Shown here piece after piece: positions 47,905-58,264 of a DNA stretch of 64,000 nt. The position numbers and the translations under genes are program-made. The DNA is from Hyphomicrobium sp. GTDB lineage: Bacteria > Pseudomonadota > Alphaproteobacteria > Rhizobiales > Hyphomicrobiaceae. Position 1 is the first letter of the stretch. Every line of letters begins with the position of its first letter. A model generated the notes under the pieces. The model was given only the letters and a program-made list of their open reading frames with translations, had not been told where the DNA came from and did not search any database. Location of the stretch: assembly GCA_031367425.1 (NCBI GenBank), contig JANLPU010000047.1:60932-124931 (forward strand). Direction: 5' to 3'.

Positions 47905-48870
47905 ATGGCGGGCCCGTCTGGACCTTCATATAGCGCCGCGTCCGACGGGCGCAAAGTGCTCGCCCTTGAGCGCGAGGCCGTCAGCTTGGTCGAACGCATG
48001 CCAGAACTCTTAATGGAGGCGGACAGGATTGCCTCGACCGTTTCGCACGGCATCCACGGCCGCCGACGCGCGGGTCCGGGCGAGACGTTCTGGCAGTTCA
48101 GACAATATCAATCGGGTGAAGGCGCTCATCTCGTCGATTGGCGGCGGTCGGCCGGTTCCGATCAGCTGTTCGTGCGCGAGCGCGAGTGGGAAGCCGCCCA
48201 CACGCTCTACCTGTGGCCCAATCTATCGTCGTCGATGGCGTTCAAAAGCCACCTCGGCCATGTCACCAAGCAAGAACGCGCGCTGATCTTGACGCTGGCT
48301 TCGACGGAACTTCTGGTGCGCGGCGGCGAGCGCGTCGCCTTCCTAGGCCTGACGCAGCCAACGGCCAACAGACGCGCCACGCAGAAGCTCGCCGAGCAGA
48401 TCGTCAGAGACGGCGACACGATGCTGAAAGACAGCGCTCCGCCCGCCGCCCGTCTTGCGCGCTTTTCTACCGTCATCCTGTTTTCCGATTTTCTCGATCC
48501 CGTCGACAAGGTGCGCGAAAGCATCGAGGCACTCGGTGCGGCAGGTGCCAACGGTCATCTCGTACAAATCCTCGATCCCGCCGAAGAGACACTGCCTTAC
48601 AAAGGCCGGACGGAATTTTTATCGCCAGACGGTTCGCAGCGCTGGATCGCCGATCGGGTCGAAGGCTTGCGCGAACGCTATCAGGACCGGTTCCAGGCCC
48701 ATCGCATGGCGATCCAAGAGATTGCCCACCGGCTTGGCTGGTCGTTCCTCATCCATCATACAGACCGCCCGGCATCCGAGCCTCTGCTGGCCCTCCTCAT
48801 GCATCTGGAAGGAAAAGCCGGCAGTTCGCGCTACAAAGGCGGCGCGCAAAGCGCTGAGAGGGCTCTCTAA
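47905..48870 (+). CDS. DUF58 domain protein (MoxR partner)
   Basis: GETFWQFRQYQSGEGAHLVDWRRSA matches DUF58 (g...fr.lReY..GDd.r.IdWk.sA). It follows MoxR after a 3-nt gap. Confidence 0.85.
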   Translation: MAGPSGPSYSAASDGRKVLALEREAVSLVERMPELLMEADRIASTVSHGIHGRRRAGPGETFWQFRQYQSGEGAHLVDWRRSAGSDQLFVREREWEAAHTLYLWPNLSSSMAFKSHLGHVTKQERALILTLASTELLVRGGERVAFLGLTQPTANRRATQKLAEQIVRDGDTMLKDSAPPAARLARFSTVILFSDFLDPVDKVRESIEALGAAGANGHLVQILDPAEETLPYKGRTEFLSPDGSQRWIADRVEGLRERYQDRFQAHRMAIQEIAHRLGWSFLIHHTDRPASEPLLALLMHLEGKAGSSRYKGGAQSAERAL

Positions 48871-51807
48871 ATGCTATCGGCGCTGGCCTTTTTGAACCCC
48901 TGGTTGCTGGCGACGCTCGTCACGCTGCCGGTGATCTATTGGCTTTTGCGCGCCGTGCCGCCGCGTCCAGCGCGGGTCAGTTTTCCGCCAACGCGCATTC
49001 TGGTCGGCCTGGAAAACGAAGAGAAAACCGCCGACAAAACGCCGTGGTGGTTGACACTCATTCGCTTGCTGGCCGCGGCCTTCGTCATTTTTGCGCTGGC
49101 CGAACCGATCCTCAACCCAAGCAAGGAAGCAGCGCTGAACGGGACAGGGCCGGTTGTTATTCTCGCTGACAACGATTGGGCAGCAGCGGCGCACTGGGCG
49201 GAACGTTCGGCGATGATCGAGCGGCTGATTGCGCAGGCTGCAAGCCAGCGCCGCGCCGTCGTCGTGCTTGGCACTGCGGCGACGACCAAAACGCTGACGC
49301 CGAAAATCGAAGCTCCCGGCGATGCGCGCGCCACGGCTGCAGCGCTGATCCCTCAGCCGTTTGCACCAAACCGCGCCGAAGCCGTCGCCGCACTCGAGAC
49401 GGCGCTCACTACGGCTGGCACCACCGCACCAAGTATCGTCTGGCTGCATGACGGCATCGATCACAAACATGATGCGGCCGAAGTCGCGGTCAAACTCACC
49501 AAGCTCGCAGGCGACGGCTCGTTGTCAATCGTGGACGAGAGCAAAGGCAACGAAGCTTTAGGGCTCGCGGCCCGTCTTGGCGAAAAGGGCAAGCTTGAAG
49601 CCGTTCTGCATCAGGCCGGCGGGGCGGCGCGCGAGGGTCCGGTGCATGCCTTTTCAGCGCGCGGCGAACGTCTCGGCGAAGCAGCGTTCAAATTGAAGTC
49701 TGGCGAGAATTCATCCGTTGTCGCTTTCGACCTGCCGCTTGAGCTGCGCAATCAGGTCGCACGCATCGAGATCCCGTCTGAACATTCGGCCGGGGCGGTC
49801 AGCTTGATCGATGCTGCTACGCAATGGCATCGCGTCGGATTGATTTCGGGTGAAAGCCGCGAGCAGGCGCAGCCGTTGCTGGCGCCGCTCTACTATATTC
49901 AAAAGGCGCTGCTGCCCTACGCAGAAATTGCAATTTCCAAGGAAGCCAATTTCGCGCAAGCGCTCGATACCATCATGAAGCAGAATATTTCCGTGCTCAT
50001 GCTGGCCGATATCGGGACGCTGACGGGTGAGCCGCAAAAGCGCATCGAAGAGTTTTTGAAGCACGGTGGCGTGCTCGTCCGGTTTGCCGGGCCGCGGCTC
50101 GAAAAAGGCGGCGACGAACTCGTGTCCGTGCCATTGCGCTCCGGCGGGCGCTCGCTCGGCGGTGCGCTGTCGTGGTCGACGCCGCAACCGCTCGCCGCGT
50201 TCGATGAGCAAAGCCCGTTTGCCGGTCTGACCATTCCACCCGACGTGACGATCAAGCGGCAAGTGTTGGCCGATCCGGCTAAGCTGACGCCGGCAGTTGA
50301 AATTTGGGCGCGCCTCAAGGACGGCACGCCTTTAGTCACCGCGACGCGGCGTGGCGAAGGCCGCATCGTCATGTTCCACATCACGGCCAACTCCGATTGG
50401 TCGAACCTGCCGATCTCCGGTCTGTTCGTCGAAATGCTGCGCCGGATTTCGACGATGGGCCGGGCGGGTGCTGCGTCGGAAGCAGCGCAAGCGACAGCAC
50501 AGGCCGTTGGCACAACTGCGACGCCGGGACCTGAAGAAACGAAAGCCACAGACGAACTCGTCGTGCTGCCACCGCTTAAAAACTTGGATGGCTTTGGCGC
50601 TCTCAAAGCTCCCCCGCCGACGGCTGAACCGGTCAAGGCTGCAGCACTGGCCGAGTTAGTACCAAGTCTCGATCATCCGCCGGGCTACTATGGCCGCGGT
50701 GGCAATCCGCACGCCCTTAACGTGCTGGCGCCCAAGAGCGTGCTGTTGCCAATTCCCTCGATGCCCAACACCGTGCAGCATCTCAATTACGCCAGTGCCG
50801 CAAGCCAGCCGATCAAGCCCTGGCTGCTGGCGGCAGCACTCGGTCTGTTGTTCGCCGACATCTTAGCCGTGCTCATCTTACAAGCTGGCAGCTTGCGCGG
50901 TCTGGCTTGGCGGCGGCCTGCCGCACAAGCTGCAGGCTTCGCACTCGCGATCGCGCTGTCGCAGCTCTTCTTAGTTGACCCCGTCAGCGCGCAGCAAAAG
51001 CCGCCATCGATCAAGCCTCCCGAACGCCCAGCCGCTCAGCTCAATTTGCCGCCCTACGAAGCGCTCGCTTTGCAAGCTACAAACAAAGTGACGTTTGGAT
51101 ACGTGCTCTCCGGCGATCGGGAAACCGACGATACCAGCCGCGTTGGCCTCGGCGGCTTGGGAAAAGTTCTCTCGACACGCACCGCGGTTGAGCCCGGCGA
51201 GCCGATCGGGGTCGATATCGTCAAAGACGAAATCGCATTTTTCCCGATCCTCTATTGGCCGGTGCTCGAGAGCGCCGAGGCCCTGCCCGACACCATCATA
51301 TCCAAGATCGACGCTTACATGAAAGAGGGCGGTCTGATCATCTTCGATACGCGCGATTATGGCCAAGGCGGCGTCAACACCATTCCGCTCGCGGGCAAAG
51401 GCGGCAACGCTCTGCAGAGACTGCTTAGCAAGCTCGACGTTCCCCGTCTTGAGCCCGTGCCGGAAGCCCACGTCGTCACCAAATCGTTCTATCTGATGAA
51501 ATCGTTTCCAGGCCGCTGGGATGGCGGACAGCTTTGGGTCGAAGCCAGCAGCGAGACGGCGGGCGAAGGCCGCAAAGCACGCGTCGCCGACGGCGTGACG
51601 TCGATCATGATCACATCGAACGACTTCGCCGCGGCCTGGGCGCTCGATGAGCGCGGCCGACCGCTTTACCCGGTCGTACCGGGGGGCGAAATGCAACGCG
51701 AAATGGCGTTCCGCTCGGGTGTCAATATCGTGATGCACGCACTGACGGGCAATTACAAAGCCGATCAGGTCCACGTGCCAGCGCTCCTCGAACGGCTCGG
51801 GCAATGA
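48871..51807 (+). CDS. DUF4159 / N-terminal double-TM (BatA-like N-terminus) large membrane protein
   Basis: LAFLNPWLLATLVTLPVIYWLLRAVPPRPARVSFPPTRIL matches the TIGR02226-type N-terminus. The C-terminal block THVVTKSFYLMKSFPGRWDGGQLWVE...NIVMHALTGNYKADQVH is DUF4159-like. The start abuts the DUF58 stop (TAAATG). Confidence 0.8.
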   Translation: MLSALAFLNPWLLATLVTLPVIYWLLRAVPPRPARVSFPPTRILVGLENEEKTADKTPWWLTLIRLLAAAFVIFALAEPILNPSKEAALNGTGPVVILADNDWAAAAHWAERSAMIERLIAQAASQRRAVVVLGTAATTKTLTPKIEAPGDARATAAALIPQPFAPNRAEAVAALETALTTAGTTAPSIVWLHDGIDHKHDAAEVAVKLTKLAGDGSLSIVDESKGNEALGLAARLGEKGKLEAVLHQAGGAAREGPVHAFSARGERLGEAAFKLKSGENSSVVAFDLPLELRNQVARIEIPSEHSAGAVSLIDAATQWHRVGLISGESREQAQPLLAPLYYIQKALLPYAEIAISKEANFAQALDTIMKQNISVLMLADIGTLTGEPQKRIEEFLKHGGVLVRFAGPRLEKGGDELVSVPLRSGGRSLGGALSWSTPQPLAAFDEQSPFAGLTIPPDVTIKRQVLADPAKLTPAVEIWARLKDGTPLVTATRRGEGRIVMFHITANSDWSNLPISGLFVEMLRRISTMGRAGAASEAAQATAQAVGTTATPGPEETKATDELVVLPPLKNLDGFGALKAPPPTAEPVKAAALAELVPSLDHPPGYYGRGGNPHALNVLAPKSVLLPIPSMPNTVQHLNYASAASQPIKPWLLAAALGLLFADILAVLILQAGSLRGLAWRRPAAQAAGFALAIALSQLFLVDPVSAQQKPPSIKPPERPAAQLNLPPYEALALQATNKVTFGYVLSGDRETDDTSRVGLGGLGKVLSTRTAVEPGEPIGVDIVKDEIAFFPILYWPVLESAEALPDTIISKIDAYMKEGGLIIFDTRDYGQGGVNTIPLAGKGGNALQRLLSKLDVPRLEPVPEAHVVTKSFYLMKSFPGRWDGGQLWVEASSETAGEGRKARVADGVTSIMITSNDFAAAWALDERGRPLYPVVPGGEMQREMAFRSGVNIVMHALTGNYKADQVHVPALLERLGQ

Positions 51808-51823
51808 GGAACAACAACGGCGC

Positions 51824-53920
51824 ATGAACTGGTCAATCGATTTCGCTCCGATGCTGCCGGGCCCTTTTCTGTGGGTCCTGATCGCGCTCGCGCTCGCGCT
51901 CGTCGGCATGCTGTTCTTGCGCCGGACGCGCGGCGCCATGCTGCGCTTGGCGGCACTGGGCGCACTAATTGCCGCGCTACTCAATCCGACACTGCGCGAG
52001 GAAGAACGCGAGAAGCTTTCCAACGTCGCCGTGGTCGTGATCGACCAAAGCACAAGTCAGAAGCTCGCCAAGCGCCCGGACGAAACGACTGCCATCAAAG
52101 CCGATATCGAAGCCAAGCTCGCCAAGGTGCCAAACCTGACAGTCAAGTGGGTCGATGCCGGCAAGCCTGGCGAACAAACGGCATCCGGCACTAATCTTTT
52201 TACCGATCTTAGCGCGGCCCTGAACGACACGCCGCCAGACCGGATCGCCGGCGTCGTCTTCATCACCGACGGGCAAGTGCACGACGTACCGAAACTCGCC
52301 GGCAACCTAGGCTTCGATGCACCCGTCCACACCTTGTTGACGGGGTCGCCCGGAGAATTCGACCGCCGCATCGAGATCATCGAGGCGCCGCGTTACGGCC
52401 TCGTGGGACAATCCCGGCCGATCAAATTCGCCGTGCGCGAGAGCGGCAAACCGGGCCAAAGCGGCTCCACGGTCACTTTGAAAGTGCGCCGCGAGGGCAA
52501 AGTCGACGAGACGGTCAAGACCGAGATCGGCCGCACCGTCCAAATCGATATGCCGTTCCCGCACTCGGGCACCAACATTCTCGAATTGGAACTCGATACC
52601 GCGCCCGGCGAGCTGACACCGGCCAACAATCGGTCGGTCATTGCCGCTGAAGGCGTGCGCGAGAACCTGCGCGTGCTTCTCGTCTCGGGCGAGCCGCACG
52701 CTGGCGAGCGCACATGGCGCAACCTGCTCAAATCGGATGCCGCCGTCGATCTCGTGCATTTCACCATTTTGCGGCCGCCCGAGAAACAAGACGGCACGCC
52801 GATCAATCAGCTGTCGCTCATTGCCTTTCCGACGCGCGAGCTATTTTCGGAGAAGATCAAGGATTTCGATCTCATCATCTTCGACCGTTATCAGCATCGC
52901 GGCATCTTGCAGCTTTTGTACTACGACAACATCGCCCACTACGTGAACAACGGTGGCGCGCTGCTGATCGCGGCCGGCGACGATTACGCCGGCAATTTCT
53001 CGATCTATAAAACGCCGCTATCGGCGGCGCTGCCAGCGCCTCCCACGGGACGCGTTTTGGAAATGCCGTTCAAGGCAAAGATTACTGCAGAAGGCCTGAA
53101 GCACCCCGTCACGCAAGGGTTGCTCGGCGGCGCTGGCGACGTGCCCACGTGGGGCAAGTGGTTCCGGCAAGCCGAGGTACGCCCAGACCGTGGCCGCATC
53201 GTCATGAACGGTGCCGAAGACAAGCCGCTCCTTATTCTGGATCGCAAGGCCAAGGGCCGGGTGGCGCTGCTCACCTCCGATCAGGCCTGGCTGTGGGCGC
53301 GCGGCTTTGATGGCGGGGGACCGCACACCGATCTGCTGCGCCGTCTGTCGCATTGGCTGATGAAAGAACCAGAGCTCGAGGAAGAGCGCCTCGTTGCGAC
53401 CTCGAAGGGTTTGAAGATCACGCTCGAACGCCGCTCGATGGAAGATAAAGTTGGGCCGATCAAGCTATCTGGTCCCGGTGGCGAAGCAGCCGACGTCACG
53501 CCAGCGCCCTCGACACCGGGCGTGTGGAGCAGCACCATCGACGTTAAAATTCCGGGCCTCTACAAAGCCGAAACGGCCGGGCCCAATGGACCGATCACGG
53601 CTGTGATCAATGCCGGCGTCGAAGATCCGCGCGAGATGAGCGAAGTGACGGCCAGCGAAGACAAGATGAAGCCGATTGCAGATGCGACCGGCGGTGGCGT
53701 GTTCTGGACCAAGTCTGCGCCCGACGCGACAATCGACGTGCCGCGCGTTTCGCTGCTGTCCAACGCCAAGGTTTTGGCAGGCTCCGGCTGGATGGGCTTT
53801 AAGGATCGCGAGGCTTATCTGACCCGTGGCGTCAAGCTGACGCCTTTGTTCACCGGATTGGCAGCACTTGCGGCGTTATTGTTCTTGATGGCGCTGGCGT
53901 GGTGGCGCGAGGGCCGGTGA
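51824..53920 (+). CDS. Membrane protein of the MoxR/DUF58/DUF4159 cluster (N- and C-terminal TM helices)
   Basis: 698 aa with hydrophobic ends. It is co-directional and tightly spaced with the upstream genes. No catalytic motif is recognised. Confidence 0.65.
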   Translation: MNWSIDFAPMLPGPFLWVLIALALALVGMLFLRRTRGAMLRLAALGALIAALLNPTLREEEREKLSNVAVVVIDQSTSQKLAKRPDETTAIKADIEAKLAKVPNLTVKWVDAGKPGEQTASGTNLFTDLSAALNDTPPDRIAGVVFITDGQVHDVPKLAGNLGFDAPVHTLLTGSPGEFDRRIEIIEAPRYGLVGQSRPIKFAVRESGKPGQSGSTVTLKVRREGKVDETVKTEIGRTVQIDMPFPHSGTNILELELDTAPGELTPANNRSVIAAEGVRENLRVLLVSGEPHAGERTWRNLLKSDAAVDLVHFTILRPPEKQDGTPINQLSLIAFPTRELFSEKIKDFDLIIFDRYQHRGILQLLYYDNIAHYVNNGGALLIAAGDDYAGNFSIYKTPLSAALPAPPTGRVLEMPFKAKITAEGLKHPVTQGLLGGAGDVPTWGKWFRQAEVRPDRGRIVMNGAEDKPLLILDRKAKGRVALLTSDQAWLWARGFDGGGPHTDLLRRLSHWLMKEPELEEERLVATSKGLKITLERRSMEDKVGPIKLSGPGGEAADVTPAPSTPGVWSSTIDVKIPGLYKAETAGPNGPITAVINAGVEDPREMSEVTASEDKMKPIADATGGGVFWTKSAPDATIDVPRVSLLSNAKVLAGSGWMGFKDREAYLTRGVKLTPLFTGLAALAALLFLMALAWWREGR

Positions 53921-53976
53921 AAGTTGTCCCGGTGAAACTTGTGACGGCAGAGCGCTGCCCATATAAATTGGTTTCG

Positions 53977-54753
53977 ATGCTGTCGCCTGATTGGCGCCGC
54001 CTGATTGTGTTGTCGTGTTGCTGGCCGCTATCGCTGTCGGCTGTGGGAGAAACAGCACGCGCGCAGCCATCCGACCCGGTCGAAAAATGCGAGCAAGACG
54101 ATAACTCCCCGATGGCCATTCGCGCCTGCTCGGCATTGATCGCCGGCAATCAAATCGATGCAGCGCTGCGAGCCCGCATTTATCTGCGCCGCGCCAATGC
54201 GTGGCTGGTTGAAGAAGAGCCCGCCGCCGCCGTCTCGGATTTCAACCGCGCGATCGCCTCTGATGCCAACAACGCCGCAGCGCTGGCCGGCCGCGCCAAA
54301 GCCCACAGCATTTTAGGCGAACACGACTTGGCCGCCGCCGACTGGTCGCGCGTCACCGAGATTAAGCCCGCAGACGAGGCAGCCTTTCTTGGCCGGGGTG
54401 CTTCAAGGTTAGCGATCGGCCGCACGAGCGAAGCGCTCACCGACTACAGCCGGGCCATCGATCTCAACCCCCGCAACCGCGATGCTTACCTCGGCCGCGC
54501 CAGCGTTTACGATGCGCTCAACGATCACGACAAAGCGCTGGCTGAATTTGCCGCCGCACTGAAAGTCGATCCGGCCTACGTGCCAGCGCATCTGGCGCGC
54601 GCCCAAGCCGCCGAACGCTGGGGCAAAGTCAAGATGGCGATCGAAAGCTATTCCGACGTTTTGCGCTACAATGGCGTCCACATCACAGCGCGCAACGCGC
54701 TGTTCAGGCTAGGCACGAGCTATCCACCATCGCAAGTTCGCGAGCATCCCTAG
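53977..54753 (+). CDS. TPR repeat protein with signal peptide
   Basis: MLSPDWRRLIVLSCCWPLSLSAVGETARA is followed by repeated A..Y..RA......D...A..D...A(I/L) TPR-like units. Confidence 0.7.
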   Translation: MLSPDWRRLIVLSCCWPLSLSAVGETARAQPSDPVEKCEQDDNSPMAIRACSALIAGNQIDAALRARIYLRRANAWLVEEEPAAAVSDFNRAIASDANNAAALAGRAKAHSILGEHDLAAADWSRVTEIKPADEAAFLGRGASRLAIGRTSEALTDYSRAIDLNPRNRDAYLGRASVYDALNDHDKALAEFAAALKVDPAYVPAHLARAQAAERWGKVKMAIESYSDVLRYNGVHITARNALFRLGTSYPPSQVREHP

Positions 54754-54783
54754 TGGTCTAATCGACGAGGATCCGCAGTCGAG

Positions 54784-55539
54784 ATGAAAACCATCGGCAT
54801 AATCGGCACGGACGCACAAAGCTCCGCGGTCGCCCTGAAACTCGCCGCCAGCGGCTGCCGGGTGCTGCATCACATCACGCCACCGGCGGCCGCCCTTTCC
54901 CGCGCCGTCAATCTTGAAGCCGTCGCGACACCCTGCGATATCGCGCTGGAATGCAACGTCGTCATTGTGTCGATCGACGATACCCAACGCGTCCGCCACC
55001 TGCTGCTCGGCGATGCCGACCGCGCGGGACTTGCCGCCGAACTCTCCCCCGGCGCAATCGTGATCGACATGGGGATGAGGCCGCCGCGCGAAACGCAAGC
55101 GCTGCTCGGCATCCTTGGTCTGCGCGGCATCGGTCTGGTCGACGCCGCATGGATCGGCGAGCCAGATCCCTCGCCAAGCAGCAATCTCACCGTGCTCGCT
55201 GGTGGGTTCCCGGATGCTTTAGATCGGGCGGTACCCGTGCTTGAACGGCTCGGGTCTGTCGAACGCTGCGGGCCGCTCGGCAGTGCGCAAACGGCCGCCG
55301 CCTTGATGGGGTACGCAGAGCTTGCCCATGTGACAGCGCAGGCCGAAGCGCTGGCCATCGCCGATGCCTTGGGCCTATCGCGTGCCTTGCTCAGCCCCGC
55401 AGTTGCAGAGGCACCTGAAAGCGCCAAGATAGACCGCCTCAACCGGCGTTCCGATGTTTTGCACGCGATTGCGGCCGAGAGCGATAAGGGCGCGACGATC
55501 CTCGCCTTCCAACGGCCTAATGCTCAAAGCAGGCGCTAA
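54784..55539 (+). CDS. NAD(P)-binding-domain-like protein (3-hydroxyisobutyrate/6PGDH family-like) with a degenerate glycine loop
   Basis: MKTIGIIGTDAQSSAVALKLAASG aligns to the GxGxxG region but reads GIIGTDAQ. The rest resembles NAD_binding_2/11. Confidence 0.5.
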   Translation: MKTIGIIGTDAQSSAVALKLAASGCRVLHHITPPAAALSRAVNLEAVATPCDIALECNVVIVSIDDTQRVRHLLLGDADRAGLAAELSPGAIVIDMGMRPPRETQALLGILGLRGIGLVDAAWIGEPDPSPSSNLTVLAGGFPDALDRAVPVLERLGSVERCGPLGSAQTAAALMGYAELAHVTAQAEALAIADALGLSRALLSPAVAEAPESAKIDRLNRRSDVLHAIAAESDKGATILAFQRPNAQSRR

Positions 55540-55622
55540 CGAAAACCGTTGACGAGGCGCTTTGACGGCGCGCGGACGGCCCCCGACTCAAGCTAGCCTG
55601 CCGGACAATCGATATTGCTCCG

Positions 55623-57302
55623 ATGAGGCTTGAGATGTCCGCGCTGTTCAGAATTATTTATGCCGCCCACGCCAACGGCACGCACCATAAGCTGGCGCTG
55701 GATGCGTTGAACAGCATGGGTCGCGCGGACGCTGAAAATTGGCGGCGCGTGTTCCTCAAGCACATCGAGAAATATCTCGAAGGCTCCAAAGCGCCAGACA
55801 CCACGTTCAAAGATTTCAAGAACCACGTGTTGCATGTCGGCGATAACTATTGGGGCGGCGCGCCGGAAAAAGTCGAGCAGTGGTACGCCACGACCGTCAC
55901 CGCTTTGCGCGCAGAACAATGGGCGGACGCGGCTTACGCTGCCGGTGTGCTGTCGCATTATTATACCGATCCGGTGATGCCATTTCATACCGGCCAGACG
56001 GCGGCTGAAAATAACGTCCACCGCGCCGTCGAGTGGAGCATCAACCGCTCCTACGATGCGTTGCGCCGATTGGGCGAAGAAAAATTTGCGGGCCTCGACG
56101 TTGCCGTGCCCGACGGGCCTGACTGGCTGAAACGCATGAGTCTCAACGGCGCTGAATATTCGCACCGCTACTACGAAACGCTGCTCACGCATTACGATCT
56201 GACGCGCGGCGTCGTCGCCCCGCAAGAGGGTCTCGACCCGACAGCGCGCATCGCGGTGGCAGAACTTCTGATCTACGCCGCAGACGGCTTCGGGCGAATT
56301 TTGGATCGGGCCGTGGCCGAGGCAGGCGTCTCGGCGCCAGAGGTTGCGCTCACCCTCGATACGGTCATCGCAGCACTCAAAGTTCCACAGAAGTGGCTCG
56401 AGAAGCGTCTAACCAACGCTTCCGACGGCAAGCTCGTCGAAGCCATGTACGACGAGCTGAAGGCGACGGGCCGGGTTGAAGTGCATCTGCCCGAAGACGA
56501 CCGCGCCGTGCGTGATCTGCACGCCGCTGAAATCGCCGCAGGTAAAAATGAGCAGCGTGCGCTTGTTCGCGCCGCCCGCGTATCGTCGAGCGACTTGCCA
56601 GAAACGGCCGCCGTGCCCGATGCGCCCCCGGCTCTGACGAATTTTGAAGTGAAACCAATGACGCCCCCGGCCAAGGGCACGTTTGCAAAAAGCGGTTCTG
56701 CCGTCCAACCCACGGCGAGCCACGCCCACACGCCGAAAACGGTGAGCGTTGCACCTGCGGCCGCACCGATAACAGCTGCGCAATCGTCGGCAGCCGCGCT
56801 GCCGCCGCCAATCGTTGCGCAGCACGCCGCGCCAGAACCGAGCCACGCGGAAGCCCCAGAAACTCCAGACGCGCCACGGATTTATCTGAGCGCATCCGAT
56901 CCGCTCGAAGCCGCGCCCTCCATCGGCCCGAAAATGGCGCAGCGGTTCGCCAACTTCGGGATCATCACGGTTGCTGATTTTCTCTCCCACGACGCTCGCG
57001 ACATGGCGCAGCTGTTGGAAAACAAGCACTTCGATCAAATGACTTTGGAAGAATGGCAGGCGCAGGCGCGCCTCGTGATGTCGGTGCCTGGACTGCGCGG
57101 CGGGCACGCTCAATTGCTGACCGGTGCTGGCTATCTCGACGTGCACGCGATTGCGTTAGCCGATCCTGTCGCCTTCTCAGCCGACATCCTGAAGTTTGCG
57201 ACGTCGAGCGATGGCAAACGCATTCTGCGCGACGGTGCGCCGCCCGATATCGAAAAGATCAAAAGCTGGATCGACGCCGCGCGTCTCGCGAAGGCTGCTT
57301 GA
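55623..57302 (+). CDS. DUF4332 domain protein with an N-terminal His-rich (zinc phospholipase C/S1-P1-like) domain and a Pro/Ala linker
   Basis: The N-terminus reads HANGTHHKLALDAL...HYYTDPVMPFH. The C-terminal block LEAAPSIGPKMAQRFANFGIITVADFL...LTGAGYLDVHAIA is DUF4332-like (helix-hairpin-helix-like). Confidence 0.55.
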   Translation: MRLEMSALFRIIYAAHANGTHHKLALDALNSMGRADAENWRRVFLKHIEKYLEGSKAPDTTFKDFKNHVLHVGDNYWGGAPEKVEQWYATTVTALRAEQWADAAYAAGVLSHYYTDPVMPFHTGQTAAENNVHRAVEWSINRSYDALRRLGEEKFAGLDVAVPDGPDWLKRMSLNGAEYSHRYYETLLTHYDLTRGVVAPQEGLDPTARIAVAELLIYAADGFGRILDRAVAEAGVSAPEVALTLDTVIAALKVPQKWLEKRLTNASDGKLVEAMYDELKATGRVEVHLPEDDRAVRDLHAAEIAAGKNEQRALVRAARVSSSDLPETAAVPDAPPALTNFEVKPMTPPAKGTFAKSGSAVQPTASHAHTPKTVSVAPAAAPITAAQSSAAALPPPIVAQHAAPEPSHAEAPETPDAPRIYLSASDPLEAAPSIGPKMAQRFANFGIITVADFLSHDARDMAQLLENKHFDQMTLEEWQAQARLVMSVPGLRGGHAQLLTGAGYLDVHAIALADPVAFSADILKFATSSDGKRILRDGAPPDIEKIKSWIDAARLAKAA

Positions 57303-57452
57303 GTGGCGGGCGTGTCGCCGACGACCGGGAGAACCGCAGAAAAACAGGCCGCGAAGTTCCGCCTTTGACCTTAACTGATATCGCTTGCGCCATTCAGGGC
57401 GCATTACTGAAATCGCTTCTATGTCGAACGAAACTGTAGGGAAAAATATTCG

Positions 57453-58097
57453 ATGCGAGAGTTTATTAGCGAAGATGATCTCGACACGTTCGAGGGATAT
57501 TTAAGGTATCAAGGTAGCGACTTCGCAACCGCCGCCTCAGACGAGCGCGCAAAATGGCTTGAGATATTTGAGAGGTCTAAGGAGAGGAGTGCGGCAACCC
57601 CTAGGGTCGGCACGATGACGCTCCGACGCGGCGTTGATCGGTACGCGGTCGCAGTTCGTGACGGCCTTGACCTTTGGTTGGCGTTGTGGGTTCAGAGATC
57701 CCAAAAGAAAGAATTCTTCGTTATGATGCCGCGCGGCGATCGCGATTGGGACTGCCATACAAGCTATCATTGCAACGGTAACCTACACCACAAAAGCTAC
57801 GGTCGTAAGTCGTTCAAGCAGAAGCTACAGCCCTTGGATGGCGTATTCCGGGGCACTGAGGCTCTCGGCGCGTATTCGGGGTTTGGCCCAAAAAGGATCG
57901 GGGCGATCTGTGATCCTTCCGCCTTCAAGGGCGTGGTAGAACTTGCGCCTGGTGTATTGGGACCGCGCGATGGCACAGTCGTGATTGATCTCATAGAGCC
58001 GGGTTGCGAACCGACATCTTGGCCTTCGGCGCGTATCGTCCGCCACGAAGTCTTCAGTGATTTCTGCCCCTCGGTAGTGATCAGGGTCGGCTCGTGA
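57453..58097 (+). CDS. Hypothetical protein, lower-GC orphan
   Basis: 214-aa ORF. Its codon use is visibly atypical for this window (TTA, AGG, AGA, ATA codons). No motif is recognised. Confidence 0.5.
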   Translation: MREFISEDDLDTFEGYLRYQGSDFATAASDERAKWLEIFERSKERSAATPRVGTMTLRRGVDRYAVAVRDGLDLWLALWVQRSQKKEFFVMMPRGDRDWDCHTSYHCNGNLHHKSYGRKSFKQKLQPLDGVFRGTEALGAYSGFGPKRIGAICDPSAFKGVVELAPGVLGPRDGTVVIDLIEPGCEPTSWPSARIVRHEVFSDFCPSVVIRVGS

Positions 58098-58264
58098 CTT
58101 GCTCGCGAGAGGTCGGTAGCGGCACCCCTCGGGTTTTCGTCCGCTTCTGGCCCGTCGCGGCAAATCAAAATCTGCCATCAGCGTGCCGCGCCAGACATCA
58201 AAAAAATAAAAGCCAGACTGACAGCGCGCGTCTCGCCAAAGCCGCTTGAATAGAGAAGCGCCCG

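Noticed and set aside
50971-52053. 360-aa ORF antisense to the DUF4159 and membrane genes
   Set aside because: It spans a gene junction on the opposite strand, has no motifs, and is a shadow ORF.
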